Shown in pieces: positions 1-13,115 of a stretch of 45,252 nt of DNA. Origin of the DNA: Conidiobolus incongruus B7586 (lineage: Eukaryota); NCBI GenBank assembly GCA_000697335.1, contig JNEM01011217.1:1-45252 (forward strand). The letters run 5' to 3'. The notes under the pieces are model-generated. The model did no database searches. It was not told where the DNA came from and saw only the letters and a program-made list of their open reading frames with translations. Made by a program: the position numbers and the translations under genes. Every line of letters starts with the position of its first letter. Position 1 is the stretch's first letter.

Positions 1-1044
1 TAGATATAATAAAATTTAGCAATAAATTTTTAAAATTATTGCATTTTATATTATTTGATAAAAATAATAATTTATATAGATTTATTAACTATTATTAAAA
101 ATTATATCTTAAATATAAAAATAATTATTTAATTTTTTTAATAATTAATTTATTATTTATATTTCAAATTATTAATAAAATTCAAAATAAATTAAAAAAT
201 AACTTGTTATTTTAATTAGGAAATTATTATACTATTATAATATTTATTAAATATCTATTTAAATATAAAAATAAATAAAATAATAAAAATATTGAATATA
301 AATATTAAAATTATATTAAAATTTAAAAAAAAAAAACAAAAATAAAAATCAGTAAATAAAACCTATTAAGATATAATTTTAAGCCAAAGTTTTTATAATA
401 AATTGATATAATTAATTCATCTCAAATCCTTTTATATATATTTTTTCAAATATAGATAATAATATATAATTATATTATAATAGTCCTTTATATAAATTCT
501 AGTAAATATTTATTTTATTTATAAATAAAAGCTGACTATTCTAATAGATTATAGAAATATATTGTTTTATCAAATATTTATAAATTATTAATAAGTTTAA
601 TATAGTTTTTTAAAAATAAAAGTATATTTAAGAGATTTTTTGAAAAATAATTTAAAATCACCTATAATTTTAAATAATAATCTTAAATTACATATTGTTA
701 AAAATATATTATTTTTAATTTTTTTAAATTAAAATAATTTTCTATATCAAATATACTTATTAAATAATCAATAATATAATTTTAAATTTTTTGAGCAATT
801 AAAAACTCAGTTCATACAAAAGAAAATTTTTGTAAATAAATTTAAATACTTGATATAATATCAAATTTTAGTTTTTGATAAGAATAGCTATTATTTAGTA
901 TATAAAGTTTACTAAAAATATAATAAAAAGTTATTGATAGTGGAATATAGGTTTAATATTATATAATCATTTTTATATATTATATTTTTAAATCTTAATT
1001 TATTTTCATTCTCAAAAAATCTGGTTATTTAAAATCTGGAGTAA
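1..1044 (+). mobile_element. Decayed mariner transposon relic, 5' part outside the window
   Basis: Collinear by eye with the copies at 29799 and 34682. C-terminal AAAAAGTTATTGATAGT (~925) reads KVIDS, and the right end TTCTCAAAAAATCTGGTTATTTAAAATCTGGAGTA resembles the family's terminal repeat. Confidence 0.6.
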
Positions 1045-1261
1045 TATTTTTTTATTTTATAATTATTTATGACTTTTTTGATTAACAAATACTTTTTATG
1101 AAAATTAAATAGATTTTATTAATAGTATTATAATAACTAAAAGTTTAAAATTTATTAGTAATTAATATAACTTTTCAGAACTAAAGATATAATAATTGTA
1201 TATTTTATTCAAATTTTCTTAATTTTTCAATATTAAATCTATCACATTTTTCAACCTAAAA

Positions 1262-4200
1262 TTATACCATATCAAATAAATTATCCACTAATAAATGATC
1301 CGTACGGTTCAATCGAAATTTCAATTGGCTCTGATTCAAAAACGTTCTCAAGTTCATCAAATCCATCATACCATTGTTTAACTCTTGCTCGATATCTTTT
1401 ACTACAAAGTATATAATATGATGGAGGAATGCGACAACTAACTCTAATGCGGGGGTATTGTAGCGAAGGTTCAGTTGGATAGTCAGGAAGTGGTCGATGC
1501 AAGAGACATTACAAATCAATATCATTTCAAGCGCGATTTGATCAGTATTCAGACGGTGTAGGAGAGGGCCGAGAAGTGGGCAGATGGTTAAGAGTTGACG
1601 ATTGGAATAGATGAGAGCGTGAATATTGCTGTGCAGCTACAAAATGATTTAGAACAAAGTAGTTCGAGTAGTGGATGAGTGCGTGAAACAAGATCAAACA
1701 ATTGGAAATGCTTGTTGCATTGAAATTGCCAATAGCTATAGTATGAGGTGTTAACATGACAGAATGTATGAAGTCATCCTGAATTTGAGACTGACTTGCC
1801 AATTCTTCGAGTTTAAAAGGCCAATTGAATAATTTATCCTCATCTTTCAAACGATCAATTGTAAATTTTAATTGATGGTCGGGATCCCTACCAACGTTCA
1901 CTGGCATTATCGGTCCCATCTTACAAATATCACCAAGTTACAGAATGTGGGCACAGTAGTTCAAAATGGCCACGACTTAGTTCTGGAATGGTAAACCAGC
2001 AACAATCAATGCCAAACTGTGGAACTTTGTCGAAGTAGTCATTAATGGTGAATTGGAAGTATCTGGGGACTGCTGAATAGTCACAAGTTCTAATAACTTG
2101 GCGACTTTTTGGTCAGCTCGTAAAAGACATCCCAAAATTTCCAATTGACTCTGGCAGATTGCGAATAGCGCGGGATTCGAAATTTCGCGGTATTGGAGTG
2201 GTGGCGATGGTGTGTCGTGGTCGAAGAAATTGTTGCCCGGGTCAAAACTGTCAACTACACGAAATAGGCTCTTTTTAAAGTAGTCCAGAGTGTAGGCACT
2301 CTGGTCGAATGTTTTTTCTGACCAAATATATTCGCGGAATATGGGGTTGAAGGCGTAATCAATTGGAGCCAAAGCTTGGATCAATTGACGAATTGCTGAC
2401 GAGTGGAAGCATTCGCAGTCGCTAAAGTAGTGGATAGTATCGAATACTAAACCAAAGACCATAGAGTGCATACGAACTAAATTGGAATAACTCGACAAAA
2501 ATCGTATGAGAAGAGTGACTTGAGCATGTTCAATCCAACTATTGAACACCGGCTCAAGACACTGGACAAGTCTGACCAAACCGTGGCTACAATACATGGG
2601 GAGTCAAATTTGAATCGAAGGGGTCAAAGTGGGTGAAAACGACTTGGAAGGAGATTTATCTTCGTACTAGAATTGTTTATACTCGAAATATCTTGGATAC
2701 TTGTCCAAATAGGTCTGGTACTTGGTATGGAATTCATCATCCTTCCAAATCCTATGCGAAATGTTCAACTCCGACCAGAATTTATATCGACTGATGAGAT
2801 GTTGACAGCTGAAGAGTAAATACCCCGTCAAATCCCATCATGTCTTCTGCAAAGATGGAGCGCTGTCCATGACAGAATGATGACAAGCGAGTGCAAAGAT
2901 AGCATGATGCAACGAAATTAACTGATATTCGATAACCCATTGGGCTACACGCTTATAAGCTTGAGTAGCATCTTCATCATCCTTTTGGCTAAATAAAATA
3001 TACCAGATTAGAGTGCACGTATTATTGTATTTGTAGTTGGGGCCAAGAGATATCAACATAAGAAGAATTAACTCCCACTGCTCCTTCTTGAAAGTTTGAT
3101 CACTCCAAGCAGCTTTCCATAGCGTCGGTAGGAAGTATTCCATAGTATTAGGATGACTAAACATCGATGCAGAAGTAGTCATGGAATTGGCATTGGACTG
3201 AGTGAGGTTAAAGTAAATATTGGCACTCTGGTTCACAAAATTCACTACATCGGTCAAACTGGGGGCATTAGGTTATGTAAGAGGTTGATCAGTACAGAAA
3301 TTTTGAATAATGGGCGGGAAAAATCTGAGGGTTCTTTCGGAAAAGTGAAGCTGGTACCTATGCAAATTACTGAGAAATGTTGGCACCAATGTGATGTTGG
3401 ATTTAGTCAAGCCTGTAGTATTAATGGTGCATGCAAGTTTCATCATCGCAATTCGTGCCAACATTGAGTTGGATTCGAACCAGACGACTGGTGTCGACAC
3501 ATTCAATGGTAAGAAATACTAAATGTTGTAATTGGTGATGGATATTTAGAGCACCAATAACGAATGATTGAATTTCGGAATAGAGATGGAAATGAGCCTC
3601 CATATTCAATTGATTCTTGATATAAGTGGAGATTAAACTGAGGAATTTTATATTTTTCAAATATCGCAAAATACGATGAGTTAACAATTGTAATACGGTA
3701 TGTCTCCAAGTCAATGGGACGAGTTGTGACGAATACATTGGCGTATTGATAGATTGATCACATTCATTCAGAGATTGTAACATGGTCTCTAAAATCAATT
3801 CGACTGAGTGAGGTGCACTGTATACTAATTTAAACATTACATCGAGGACATGGGGTGATACACATGTAATATCCTTATAACAACCTTGAGGAAGACATGA
3901 TCCTTTCTTCAAATCTAACATCATACTATAAATTAAGGAGAGTAACTCTTGCTTAGTGCCAATAGTCATATAGTCAATAGTATCGCTACTGATACTTTTG
4001 TCTTTCAAAGATTTGCCCTCCAAAAACCCAGCGCCCAATGATTCGAAATGACGATCAGGCACCAGCGACACGTACATGGTAGTTGGCACCATACTCTTCC
4101 TGGACAAACTAGCAATTGAAATTCTATGCAAGTCCTGCTCCTATGAATTCATAAAAATATTAGGATTCATAGATTTCAATTTGAATTTGGTATTATTAAC

Positions 4201-5566
4201 TTGGAGTGCCTGCGTTTGAGGCCGCTACGATCCGAAATGTTCGCACTCTGAAGCGCCATTGCAGACTGGAGTGCCAAGTCTCTGAGATAGCAGCCATCTT
4301 TCGACAGAACTTGAGTAGGGTTGTAGAATGCAACCGTATGGGTGAAAATCGTTTGATCGTCCTGAAAATCCTGAGGCATGACATTATTAGCAATATAATC
4401 GATATAAAACAATTGAACAATTCGTTGCAAGATGAAATTGTCCTTACCCATGGGCTATACAAACGATTTTTGTGGTGTGAATACCTCATCGTAAATCTCC
4501 TTGACCAATTGGTGTAATGTAATATTTTCAATGGTCACTAACCAATACAGCTGATCCGCCAATTCCAAGGCACTATAGAGAAAATTAAAAATTTGGGGTG
4601 TTTTAATTGGTACTGAAATATATCCAGCAATGTCCAAATGGGATCTCTATTAGATTCAGGGACATAATCTAACACATGTTTCAATTTCGTCAGTATTAAT
4701 GGAATTTTTTTGTTCATAAAGGGCAATAATGAATAATCCTATAGAGTAAAATGATTAACTTGCAATAAATCTTTAATTTCCGTAATTGAAGCACTCCGAT
4801 TAATGAGATTTTGTAATTGATTTTCCAAGTTAGATGCATATTGCAAGGTATCTTTATTAGTTGAGGAATCTAAATTGTTGAATTCTAAAGGTAGAATTTC
4901 ATTGGAACGATTCCATTGAGAAATGAGAGAAAAATTTAAATCTAAAAAAATATTAATTTAATTAATTACTTCATTGACAATCCAATTTAAATTATTTAAC
5001 TTTTTTTTAAATACTTTAAAAAAAATTTATAATTTTTAATTTAAATTTTAAAAATCATTCTGAAGTAAAAAAATTTTTTTTATTAATGAAAATATATTTC
5101 AATAATATTTAATAAATTTACCAAAGCTATTCCAATTTCTAAAATACCAAAAATTTGTTTATTGCCAAATCTGTTATAGTCATTTGCTAATCAATAACAA
5201 AATCTGAGCAACGCTACCAATACACAAAGTATCACTTGATGTCAAAAGACTTGGTAGGATATTCAACATTGATATTAATTTTTGGACGATTTGCATCAGT
5301 TCTGATTTGGTAATATTACCAGTACTTAGAACTCCCAGGAAGTAATTGATGAAGTAGCAACACTTCAAAAATAGTAAATATTTTTTAGTGTCTAATAATT
5401 CTAGTATTTTATTGATTAATTCGTAAGTACTAAGTTTCTTATGAGGTAATTTAATAGATGTACTGATTTCGGGATGAGAGTTTATGATAATGTAAAGAGG
5501 ATGAATGTGAGGTGTATTGAGATACAACTGGTTGAGGCAAATATTTCATCTTAGCCAAGTTTCCAT
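1262..5566 (-). pseudogene. MED23: Mediator subunit Med23 pseudogene, full length
   Basis: Stitched frames resemble animal MED23 as recalled: IWKDDEFHTKYQTYLDKYP~HWLQNDWHTKHMNYHKKYP, LPMYCSHGLVRL~LPIYFGNVCLRF, YREISNPALFAI~FNEFPNPAAHAL, LGPLLHRL~VGPFLQRF, SQLKFRL~PALKLRL. ATG at 5566; introns 4942-5121 and 4141-4200. In-frame stops at 5546, 5180, 5174, 5159, 4739, 4455, 3273, 2838, 2667, 2604, 1977, 1938. Frameshifts near 4600, 4200, 3510, 1615. Confidence 0.85.
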
Positions 5567-5836
5567 TGTTATTATAGTTTTTTTATTAGATCAATTACTA
5601 GGTATTGATCAAAATTGAATTGTGACTTTAAAAATAAATTTATATCATTATGAGTCGAATCTTTAAATTATGGGATTGATGAAAGAGTCAATTATCTAGT
5701 TAATATCTAGTAATATAAAAATTTATTTCAATATCATATATTTTTTAAAATAATGAATTTGAAATAAAATTTATAATAAATATTTAATTTTATTTTAAAA
5801 ATTATAGTTATAAATATATATGTATATAAAATGGAT

Positions 5837-7726
5837 TTAAATAATTTGTGTCATAACAATTTCTCTTCGTTCGTTAACTCTTAAATTCAAAAAGTATTTC
5901 GTATGATAAATCACTCCTGAATGATTGATTAAAAATATGGGTAGATTTAACGGTGTTGAAGGGTCACTGTAATTGGAAAAATTCTCTCCGAGGATATAAT
6001 TGGTCGGGGGTAAGGAATATGTTACAGTTTTGTCAGTGACTGTGGTGGAGGTAATGGGACCACAGCACCCTATCCATACTTGTAGGTTGTTGAAATCTTG
6101 CTGGGATTGGTAGTCGATCAAGAGTTCTTTGGTATTGTTTTGGAGTCGTGGCTTAGTGGTGAGGATTGGGAACGGTGATATCGTCGTAATATTGGGATTG
6201 GCTTCGGACGAGTATATGAAATCAAGTCGCTTAATATTCACCAGCGTCCAATAGTGGTGGTCTTCCACTGTGCATGAGTTGACGAATCCATTGTCATGGG
6301 TATTAATTGCACTTAAAACAATTGGCAATGTGGACGTAGCTTGGGAAGATGATGAATCTGCGTAGCTATCAGTCATACTGGGTTTCTTAGTTGCCAAGTA
6401 AGTAGGAACGTCCGAAGGCTTCGTCTGATCAGGATTAAATGAGCGAAGCGCAACTTTTTGAAGTTGGGTCACGGGACCTTGAGCATCATGCAAAATTTGA
6501 TTCTTTTCAACCTTCAATAGAATAAATGGTCCAAATGTCATACCAGATCTCGGATCGGTTAATGTCACACATGATTTGTAGGAAATGATAGATGCGTGGT
6601 TGTAGCGATTGGCATTGTGGCCACTTCCATTGTACAGTTTAATGATAAATGGCGACCAGAAGTTGACCTTAGCACACATCTTGTTGTTTTGGATGTTGAG
6701 GTACTGCGTGCGGAAGGTCTGGTGATTAATGCGGTTGAATAAAGAAATAGTTGAGCCAGAATAGATGCAACTAGGAGATTTGAGAGTTTGGTTGAAGCTC
6801 TTTTTGGATGGCTTGGAGATGATGGGAATAGAATCAGTCAAGAATGTTGCAAATGGATCTGATTTAGTGCTAGAAGAATCGTGATTGGCCATCATAGGTA
6901 AGTATTCCATATAATTTCCCGTATGTGGTCGCTGCAACGCATTGGACACAGTTGTATGATGATGTAATTGAATTTTCAATCGAAAACTTTTAGACTTATC
7001 AGTTTTAGCTCCATCAATACCATTACTATTACTGTTATTAGCAATGTGTAAAGTCTTAAAAATAGCCAAATTATTTTGAAGTAGTGAATTTTGACTGATA
7101 ATATCCTGTCCGGATTCGTTTAAAATAGTCAAATCCACAGAATTTAGTTTGGGAGTATCCAAGAGTGGGTTAGCAGGTGGTGTGACCGTAACAATAGGCG
7201 GTGGATTCAGATATCGCTTCTCCGAGCCATACGACTTTTGAGCAACAGTAACTAAATAGCAAGAAACTTGAGTCATATTTCGAGCAGTTTGTAAACCCAA
7301 GTACTCGGAACGAGAAGAATCCGAAAAGAGGAGATTTTTGATAGAAGAAATACAGTGACGTTGCCACCTGGAAGGCTCTTGCAAAGGATCTGGAATAGAG
7401 GCAAAATTCACACCAAAATGATAAGGAGATGACTGATAACTTGTTGAAAGATAACGATGGCTGTGATAATCAAACTCTTGATCATTTTTACAACTATCTG
7501 AGTGATAAGGATCAGAAGTATTATAAGTATTATAAGTATATTTAGGAGAAGGAGAACGAGAAGAAATTAAATTTCTAATACTCATAGTAGGGTACTTTGA
7601 CCTCGATAATTTAGAAGTTTCATTTGAGCAATTAGATTCTGATTGATAGTTTGATAATTTTGTCTTTTTAAATGGAAGATATATTCCTTCATCTTCATCA
7701 TCGTAAGAATTTAAAAGATGGTCCAT
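5837..7726 (-). CDS. CSL (CBF1/Su(H)/LAG-1) family transcription factor, fungal Cbf11/Cbf12-like, 629 aa, intronless
   Basis: LAG1 DNA-binding motifs VAQKSYGSEKRYLNPPP, FKTLHI and IISKPSKK; beta-trefoil motifs ISLFNRINHQTFRTQYL and QLQKVAL; low-complexity Ser/Tyr-rich N-terminus. Confidence 0.9.
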   Translation of the reverse strand: MDHLLNSYDDEDEGIYLPFKKTKLSNYQSESNCSNETSKLSRSKYPTMSIRNLISSRSPSPKYTYNTYNTSDPYHSDSCKNDQEFDYHSHRYLSTSYQSSPYHFGVNFASIPDPLQEPSRWQRHCISSIKNLLFSDSSRSEYLGLQTARNMTQVSCYLVTVAQKSYGSEKRYLNPPPIVTVTPPANPLLDTPKLNSVDLTILNESGQDIISQNSLLQNNLAIFKTLHIANNSNSNGIDGAKTDKSKSFRLKIQLHHHTTVSNALQRPHTGNYMEYLPMMANHDSSSTKSDPFATFLTDSIPIISKPSKKSFNQTLKSPSCIYSGSTISLFNRINHQTFRTQYLNIQNNKMCAKVNFWSPFIIKLYNGSGHNANRYNHASIISYKSCVTLTDPRSGMTFGPFILLKVEKNQILHDAQGPVTQLQKVALRSFNPDQTKPSDVPTYLATKKPSMTDSYADSSSSQATSTLPIVLSAINTHDNGFVNSCTVEDHHYWTLVNIKRLDFIYSSEANPNITTISPFPILTTKPRLQNNTKELLIDYQSQQDFNNLQVWIGCCGPITSTTVTDKTVTYSLPPTNYILGENFSNYSDPSTPLNLPIFLINHSGVIYHTKYFLNLRVNERREIVMTQII

Positions 7727-8817
7727 ATTCGATAAATAATAACAAAACTATAAAAATAAAAATAATAAGAGGAGAAGATAAAGTTAAAAAATTAAAACAG
7801 TCAAAAAGATTAAAATGAAAAAGAACTGACCATAATTTAAGTTAATGACCAATTTAATTTGAAAAGATCCATGGGAAATTTTATTACCAAATCAATATTT
7901 AGTTCTTATTCATGTCAATTTGTATTAAATCATCATTTTCTATTATTAACTCTATTAGCTTTTAACCATCTAATTTTTAATTTTCTAATCTCGTAACAAT
8001 TGCTATAAAAAAGGATGACACTATTATCAGCCATATAATCTATCAATCAATCACCTTTACCAATCAATTTCTCAAATACAAGATGGATATTGTTTGACAT
8101 TTTTTCTTAATCTAATAGTGTTCTCATGGATACTACAACAATAAATTTTAGAATAAAGAATTATAGTGAGTTTATTATCCTCTTTTAAACAAATTGTGGA
8201 TCTTTTTAAGTTGACAAATTATGACACAATATTTATCACCTTTTTAATGATTTCATAAGGGAATTTATATTATATTTAAATATGAATTTTATTAATTTAT
8301 TAAATATTCGATTTATTTCTTAATATTAATCGAAATAAAGAGTAATAATTGATAATACAATTTAGAGAATAATAATATAATTAAAATTGATATGTACAAT
8401 AATAAATATGAAATAATAGTTCAATATAACGATATTTTTGAATAATATCAATATCTGATAGTAATTCAAATACTATAAAACGTGTTCCAATATTCTCAAA
8501 TTGTTTTAATTAGATGTGATTTTGATCAAATAGTGTAACCAAAATTCAACAAACTTTAAATATGGATTCTAAACACTTTATCTTTATTCATTCCATAACT
8601 TTGGTTACTTGGAAAGTGCATCACTAAATTGGATGTGATGTTGATTATCGTGATTTCTTAATTAGTTAATGGTTAATACTGGATTGCTTAATTTATTCAA
8701 TTTAGAATACTCATATATTTTTTTAACTGAATATTAAGTTTTAAATAAAAAATAACATAATAATATTGAATCAATTGAATATAATAAGAAAAATAAAACG
8801 TTAAAAATAAAATAAAA

Positions 8818-8840
8818 TATATATATATATATATATATAT
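8818..8840. repeat. (TA)n microsatellite; similar tracts near 9166, 11844, 25432, 29908, 44138, 45078
   Basis: Directly visible dinucleotide runs. Confidence 0.9.
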
Positions 8841-10702
8841 TCAAGTGATAATTATTCTATAATTAGAATTATTCCAAATTTAAATATTTTTATTTTAATA
8901 ATTACCAATTTAAGATATTTAGAAAAAAATTTTATTAAAAACTATCCCAATTTGATAATTATAAAATATAAATTATTGAATTATGAATATAATTAATGGA
9001 TGTTAAAATTATTAATTATATATGATAAATTGCAGAATTTTGGATTGTATTTGTAAATAAGAATATTTGGTTATATTAAATTAATTTTCAATTTTTTGGG
9101 AAAAAATATTAATCATATAGATTCCTAGAGTTGGTTTATGTAAATATTAATGTATTCTAAAATGATATATATATATATATATATATAAGTGATATTATAT
9201 TAGATATTAATTTCAAACTCTAATAATCATTTAGCGCTACTTACTAAATTTAGAACTTTGAAAATATGTATTTACAATTTAATTTTAACCAATGATACGT
9301 TTGAACAAATTTACTGGATCAAAATATTTCAAGGATGAACACATAAAAACCAATTCACGATTTGAATTACTAACAAAAAGAATAGTGAATTATTGAATTT
9401 AAAAAAATAAGAATTTTGATATTGCTCAGGATTATTTCAGTGTATCATTAAGTTCTCTGTGAAATAAGAATACTCTGCAAAATCTAATCTATTAAATCAT
9501 TTAGCCCAACTTCAACTTTTGGAATAATATGATTATTTAAAGTGGCTAAATATTAAATTTTTAGTTTTCTATATCACATTGACATAATACATAATGAAAA
9601 TCCAAAGTATTCATAATGTAATACTTATAAAAAAACTAATATTTAATATAAATTCATTTGTTAAAACTTTAAAATTTTAATAATAATTTTAAAAAACATA
9701 ATTTATATATAGACAAATGAAGTTAAATATATTTGGAAATTTTATTATTAAATCAAACATCATTATTTCAGTATATATCCTAATATATCATCACTTATAT
9801 ATTAATTTATATTTCAATTATAAATTTTGACAACATAGTATTTCAAAATTAAATCTATTAATCAAATTATATTTTGTCAAATTTTGTTTTATTATAATTG
9901 AATCATCCTGTCAAAGTTTCTAAATATAATAAATATTGTAGAAAATACTGAAAATTAATAACTATAGCTATTTATTTTGATTTCATATTAAATTTTAAGA
10001 ACTAAATTAATCATAATTCAGTTTATTTCAATATAAATCAAAATCTAAATTAATTATTTGAAATTCATACATATCGAATACTGCTACCATGGTTTAACAA
10101 TTATAATATCATTAATTTCTGACCTAAAGGTTATATAGGAATTAAAATCAAATCATAAAGTCTATTGCTAATTAATAAATTATAATATATACAATTCTAT
10201 ACTATTTATTTTAAAAAATTTTTTAATATAATTCAATTTTTACTAAAATAAAATATTTTAATTTAATATATATTATTGAGATTAGTATATATGATTTAAT
10301 AATTTTATGTCTTTTATAAATTAATAAATATAATTTTTTTAACTTTCTTAAGTTATGAAAATGACTTAAATCTTGATTAAGCATTACCAGCATAAGATTT
10401 GTCAACCAGTGAATATATAATATAAGTTTGAATAACATTAATTTTATAGATATAAATTGATCAATGTTTTTAAAATAATATTGATAATTTTATTTAAGCA
10501 TATCAAATTACCAAGTCTTTTTAACTTATATTGCCAAAAGCTCAAATCATTAAACTTAATATTTTAAATCAGAATTTTGAGAGTAGCTTTTCTATTTATA
10601 TATAAATTATTAAATATAATATAATTAAATTAAATTAATATTATTTATTCAATTAAATAATTTCTGATTATATAGCTAATAAAATAAATCAAAAAAGATA
10701 AA

Positions 10703-11152
10703 AATGAAATCAAATTGATTCAATATTGATTTGAATAAGTTAAAGCAGATTTATGAATGTATTATTAATAAATTGATGTTAATAAAAGCATATAAATTAA
10801 AGTTTCATATTGAATTAAGTGTCCCAAATGAACAATTTATAATACTTTTCACAAGTTTCAAATACTTGATAATAAACTATATATGAGGGTGTCTATCAAT
10901 GGCGAATTCCAAATTATTCAATACCAATGCAGCTCCCAAACTTGCCCCGAGCGTAACAACCACTTTGGATTAATTTTGAAGAGTTCTAGCTCAGGATTTG
11001 CTCTATATCGCTCATTTGAAATTCATATCGATGTTTATCACTTGTCAATTGATCATATAGTAATCTCTGAAGATGAGTATAAAGAGTTGCTCCAGAGATT
11101 TGGAAATTTGTTGAATTTAAAAATTGGTCAGATTAAAATTTATAAGAATTGA
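10703..11152 (+). pseudogene. Possible decayed small gene of unknown family
   Basis: An 89-codon ORF (10883-11152) with higher GC than its flanks. A protein-like upstream frame from ATG ~10703 has an early TGA and a frameshift near 10840. Confidence 0.3.
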
Positions 11153-12523
11153 TAAATTATATTAGGAAATAAATAGTATTTATATAATTGTGTTTTATAA
11201 ATAAAAAGGATTATTATATTATTGCTTTATTAATCAATTTGGAATTGAATAGGAGTTTATAAAATAATAATGCTATATTATATTTACTCAATTATTAAAA
11301 TTTTCATACCCGAATCTAAATAACAGATCTAAAAGTTATTCATTAATTAATTAATCATCAAAATTAAAAAGATATATTATTGGTATTAAATAAAGAGGTT
11401 GTAAATATAATGTATTAATAAATATATAGCTATTTTCAACTTTAGATGACAATTGGCTAGATGATTTATTTATTATTTATCTGAATCTTTAATAATTATA
11501 ACATTGAATATTGAGTAAACCAGTGCTATATATATATTATTAGATATAACTTTAATCTATTGAATATTGATTTATGATGTAATAAAAATAATAATTAAAA
11601 TTTTTGTATTTATATCAATAATGTTTAATTAATATCATTTTAATATAACTTAAATTATTTTATTTAAACTAAGCTAAACAGAATATTGATTTCATTTTAC
11701 ATATAGTTAAATCTAAAAAAAATAATTAATTAATTTATAATATCCAATTTTTAATTAAATAACAATATGAAAGATGAACTTTAAAAAATTAAAATATTTA
11801 TTATTAGTTAATTAAAAGAACATTAAAAATTAATTTAAAATTAATATATATATATATATATATATATATCTACTAATCAAAAAAATTAATAATAATTAAT
11901 CAGTTAATAAAATTATGGTATTTTGTGAAATATTATTTATTTATTTGATATCCAAAATAAAAACCTTAAATTTATAAACTTTATTTAATAATAATATATT
12001 AAAGTTTTATTTCAATTTAATATATTTTAATATAAAAATTAATTTGATCAAAATATAATTAATAAAAATTAATAAAAAATATATTATAATAATAATCTGA
12101 AATTAAATGAATATTAGTCTTGAATATTTATAAATAAATTTCAATATTAGCAATAGATATTATTTTTAATTACTGCTGATTATAATAATATTCAATATAT
12201 ATATATTGATTGATTGATATTTATAGCTAAATATTTTATTAGTTTTGATAAATAAAAAATAAATTCTATTATTATTATTATTATTATAAAATAAAATATA
12301 TATAAAATTAAAAGAAATATAAATTTTTTAATTTTAATCATTATCTGGTTAATATAATATATTTTTGAAAAATATTAAAAAGTTTCCTATTAAGTTAAAT
12401 TGATACAGTTTCAATGTTAATGTTATATTAAAAAAATTTGTATATGAACTCTGATAATATAAATAATAAAAATAATTAATATAATTATTTTCTAATAAAT
12501 TACATAGAATTTGATTAAATTAT

Positions 12524-12782
12524 TGTTATTTCTCCATGATGGGTAATATAGATGGTGTAGTGTGTAGAGCAATGGCTACTATTGTTACCTAATAGTAGGA
12601 AAGTGTATTTGAGGGTTTATTGGCTAAAGTGGTGTTTGGAATAAGCAATTGAATTTAGTCATTAAGACTGATTAATATTATAATATACCTCGCAAGTAAT
12701 GGCCAATTGAGGTAGAGCCTCCTTATAGAATAGAAACCCGAGGTTAGAAATGGTGTCAAGGGTAACACTTCGGGTTCTCACA
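12524..12782 (-). mobile_element. Probable solo LTR (~260 bp)
   Basis: GC island reading TGTGAGAACCC...AATAACA on the minus strand (TG...CA), with a TATA-like tract followed by AATAAA. No clean target-site duplication. Confidence 0.5.
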
Positions 12783-13115
12783 TTTTAATTTCAATTTTTA
12801 ATAATATTTTTAAGTTATTTGTCTTATAAAATTTCAATATATTATATAAAATATTAAATATATCAATAAATTTATTAAATTAAAATAAATAACTAAATTT
12901 TAATTTTTTATATTTAATATTTAATATTTAATAATAAATAAATAAAATATTATTTGTAATATAAATTTTAATTAAGTTTAGTATTTTATATATTTAAATA
13001 ATTTTTATTTAATTATAATACTATTTTCTTTTAAATAATAATTAAAAATTTTAAATTAAAATTTCAAAATTTAATTATAAAAAATATATGAAAGATAACA
13101 ATAAAATATATTAAT

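Noticed and set aside
1262..5566. Alternative genetic code (TAA/TAG=Gln, TGA=sense) explaining the Med23 stops
   Set aside because: Neighbouring long ORFs (NCR1, CSL) have no internal stops, genes in the window terminate with TAA, TAG and TGA, and Med23 also carries frameshifts.
10223..10438. AT-rich short ORFs (also 21073-21258 and 36018-36230)
   Set aside because: I/L/K/N/Y-rich chance frames in decayed repeat or intergenic DNA.
10200..12500. Further mariner relics (also ~33400-34100)
   Set aside because: Only faint resemblance to the family; motifs and ends could not be fixed by eye.
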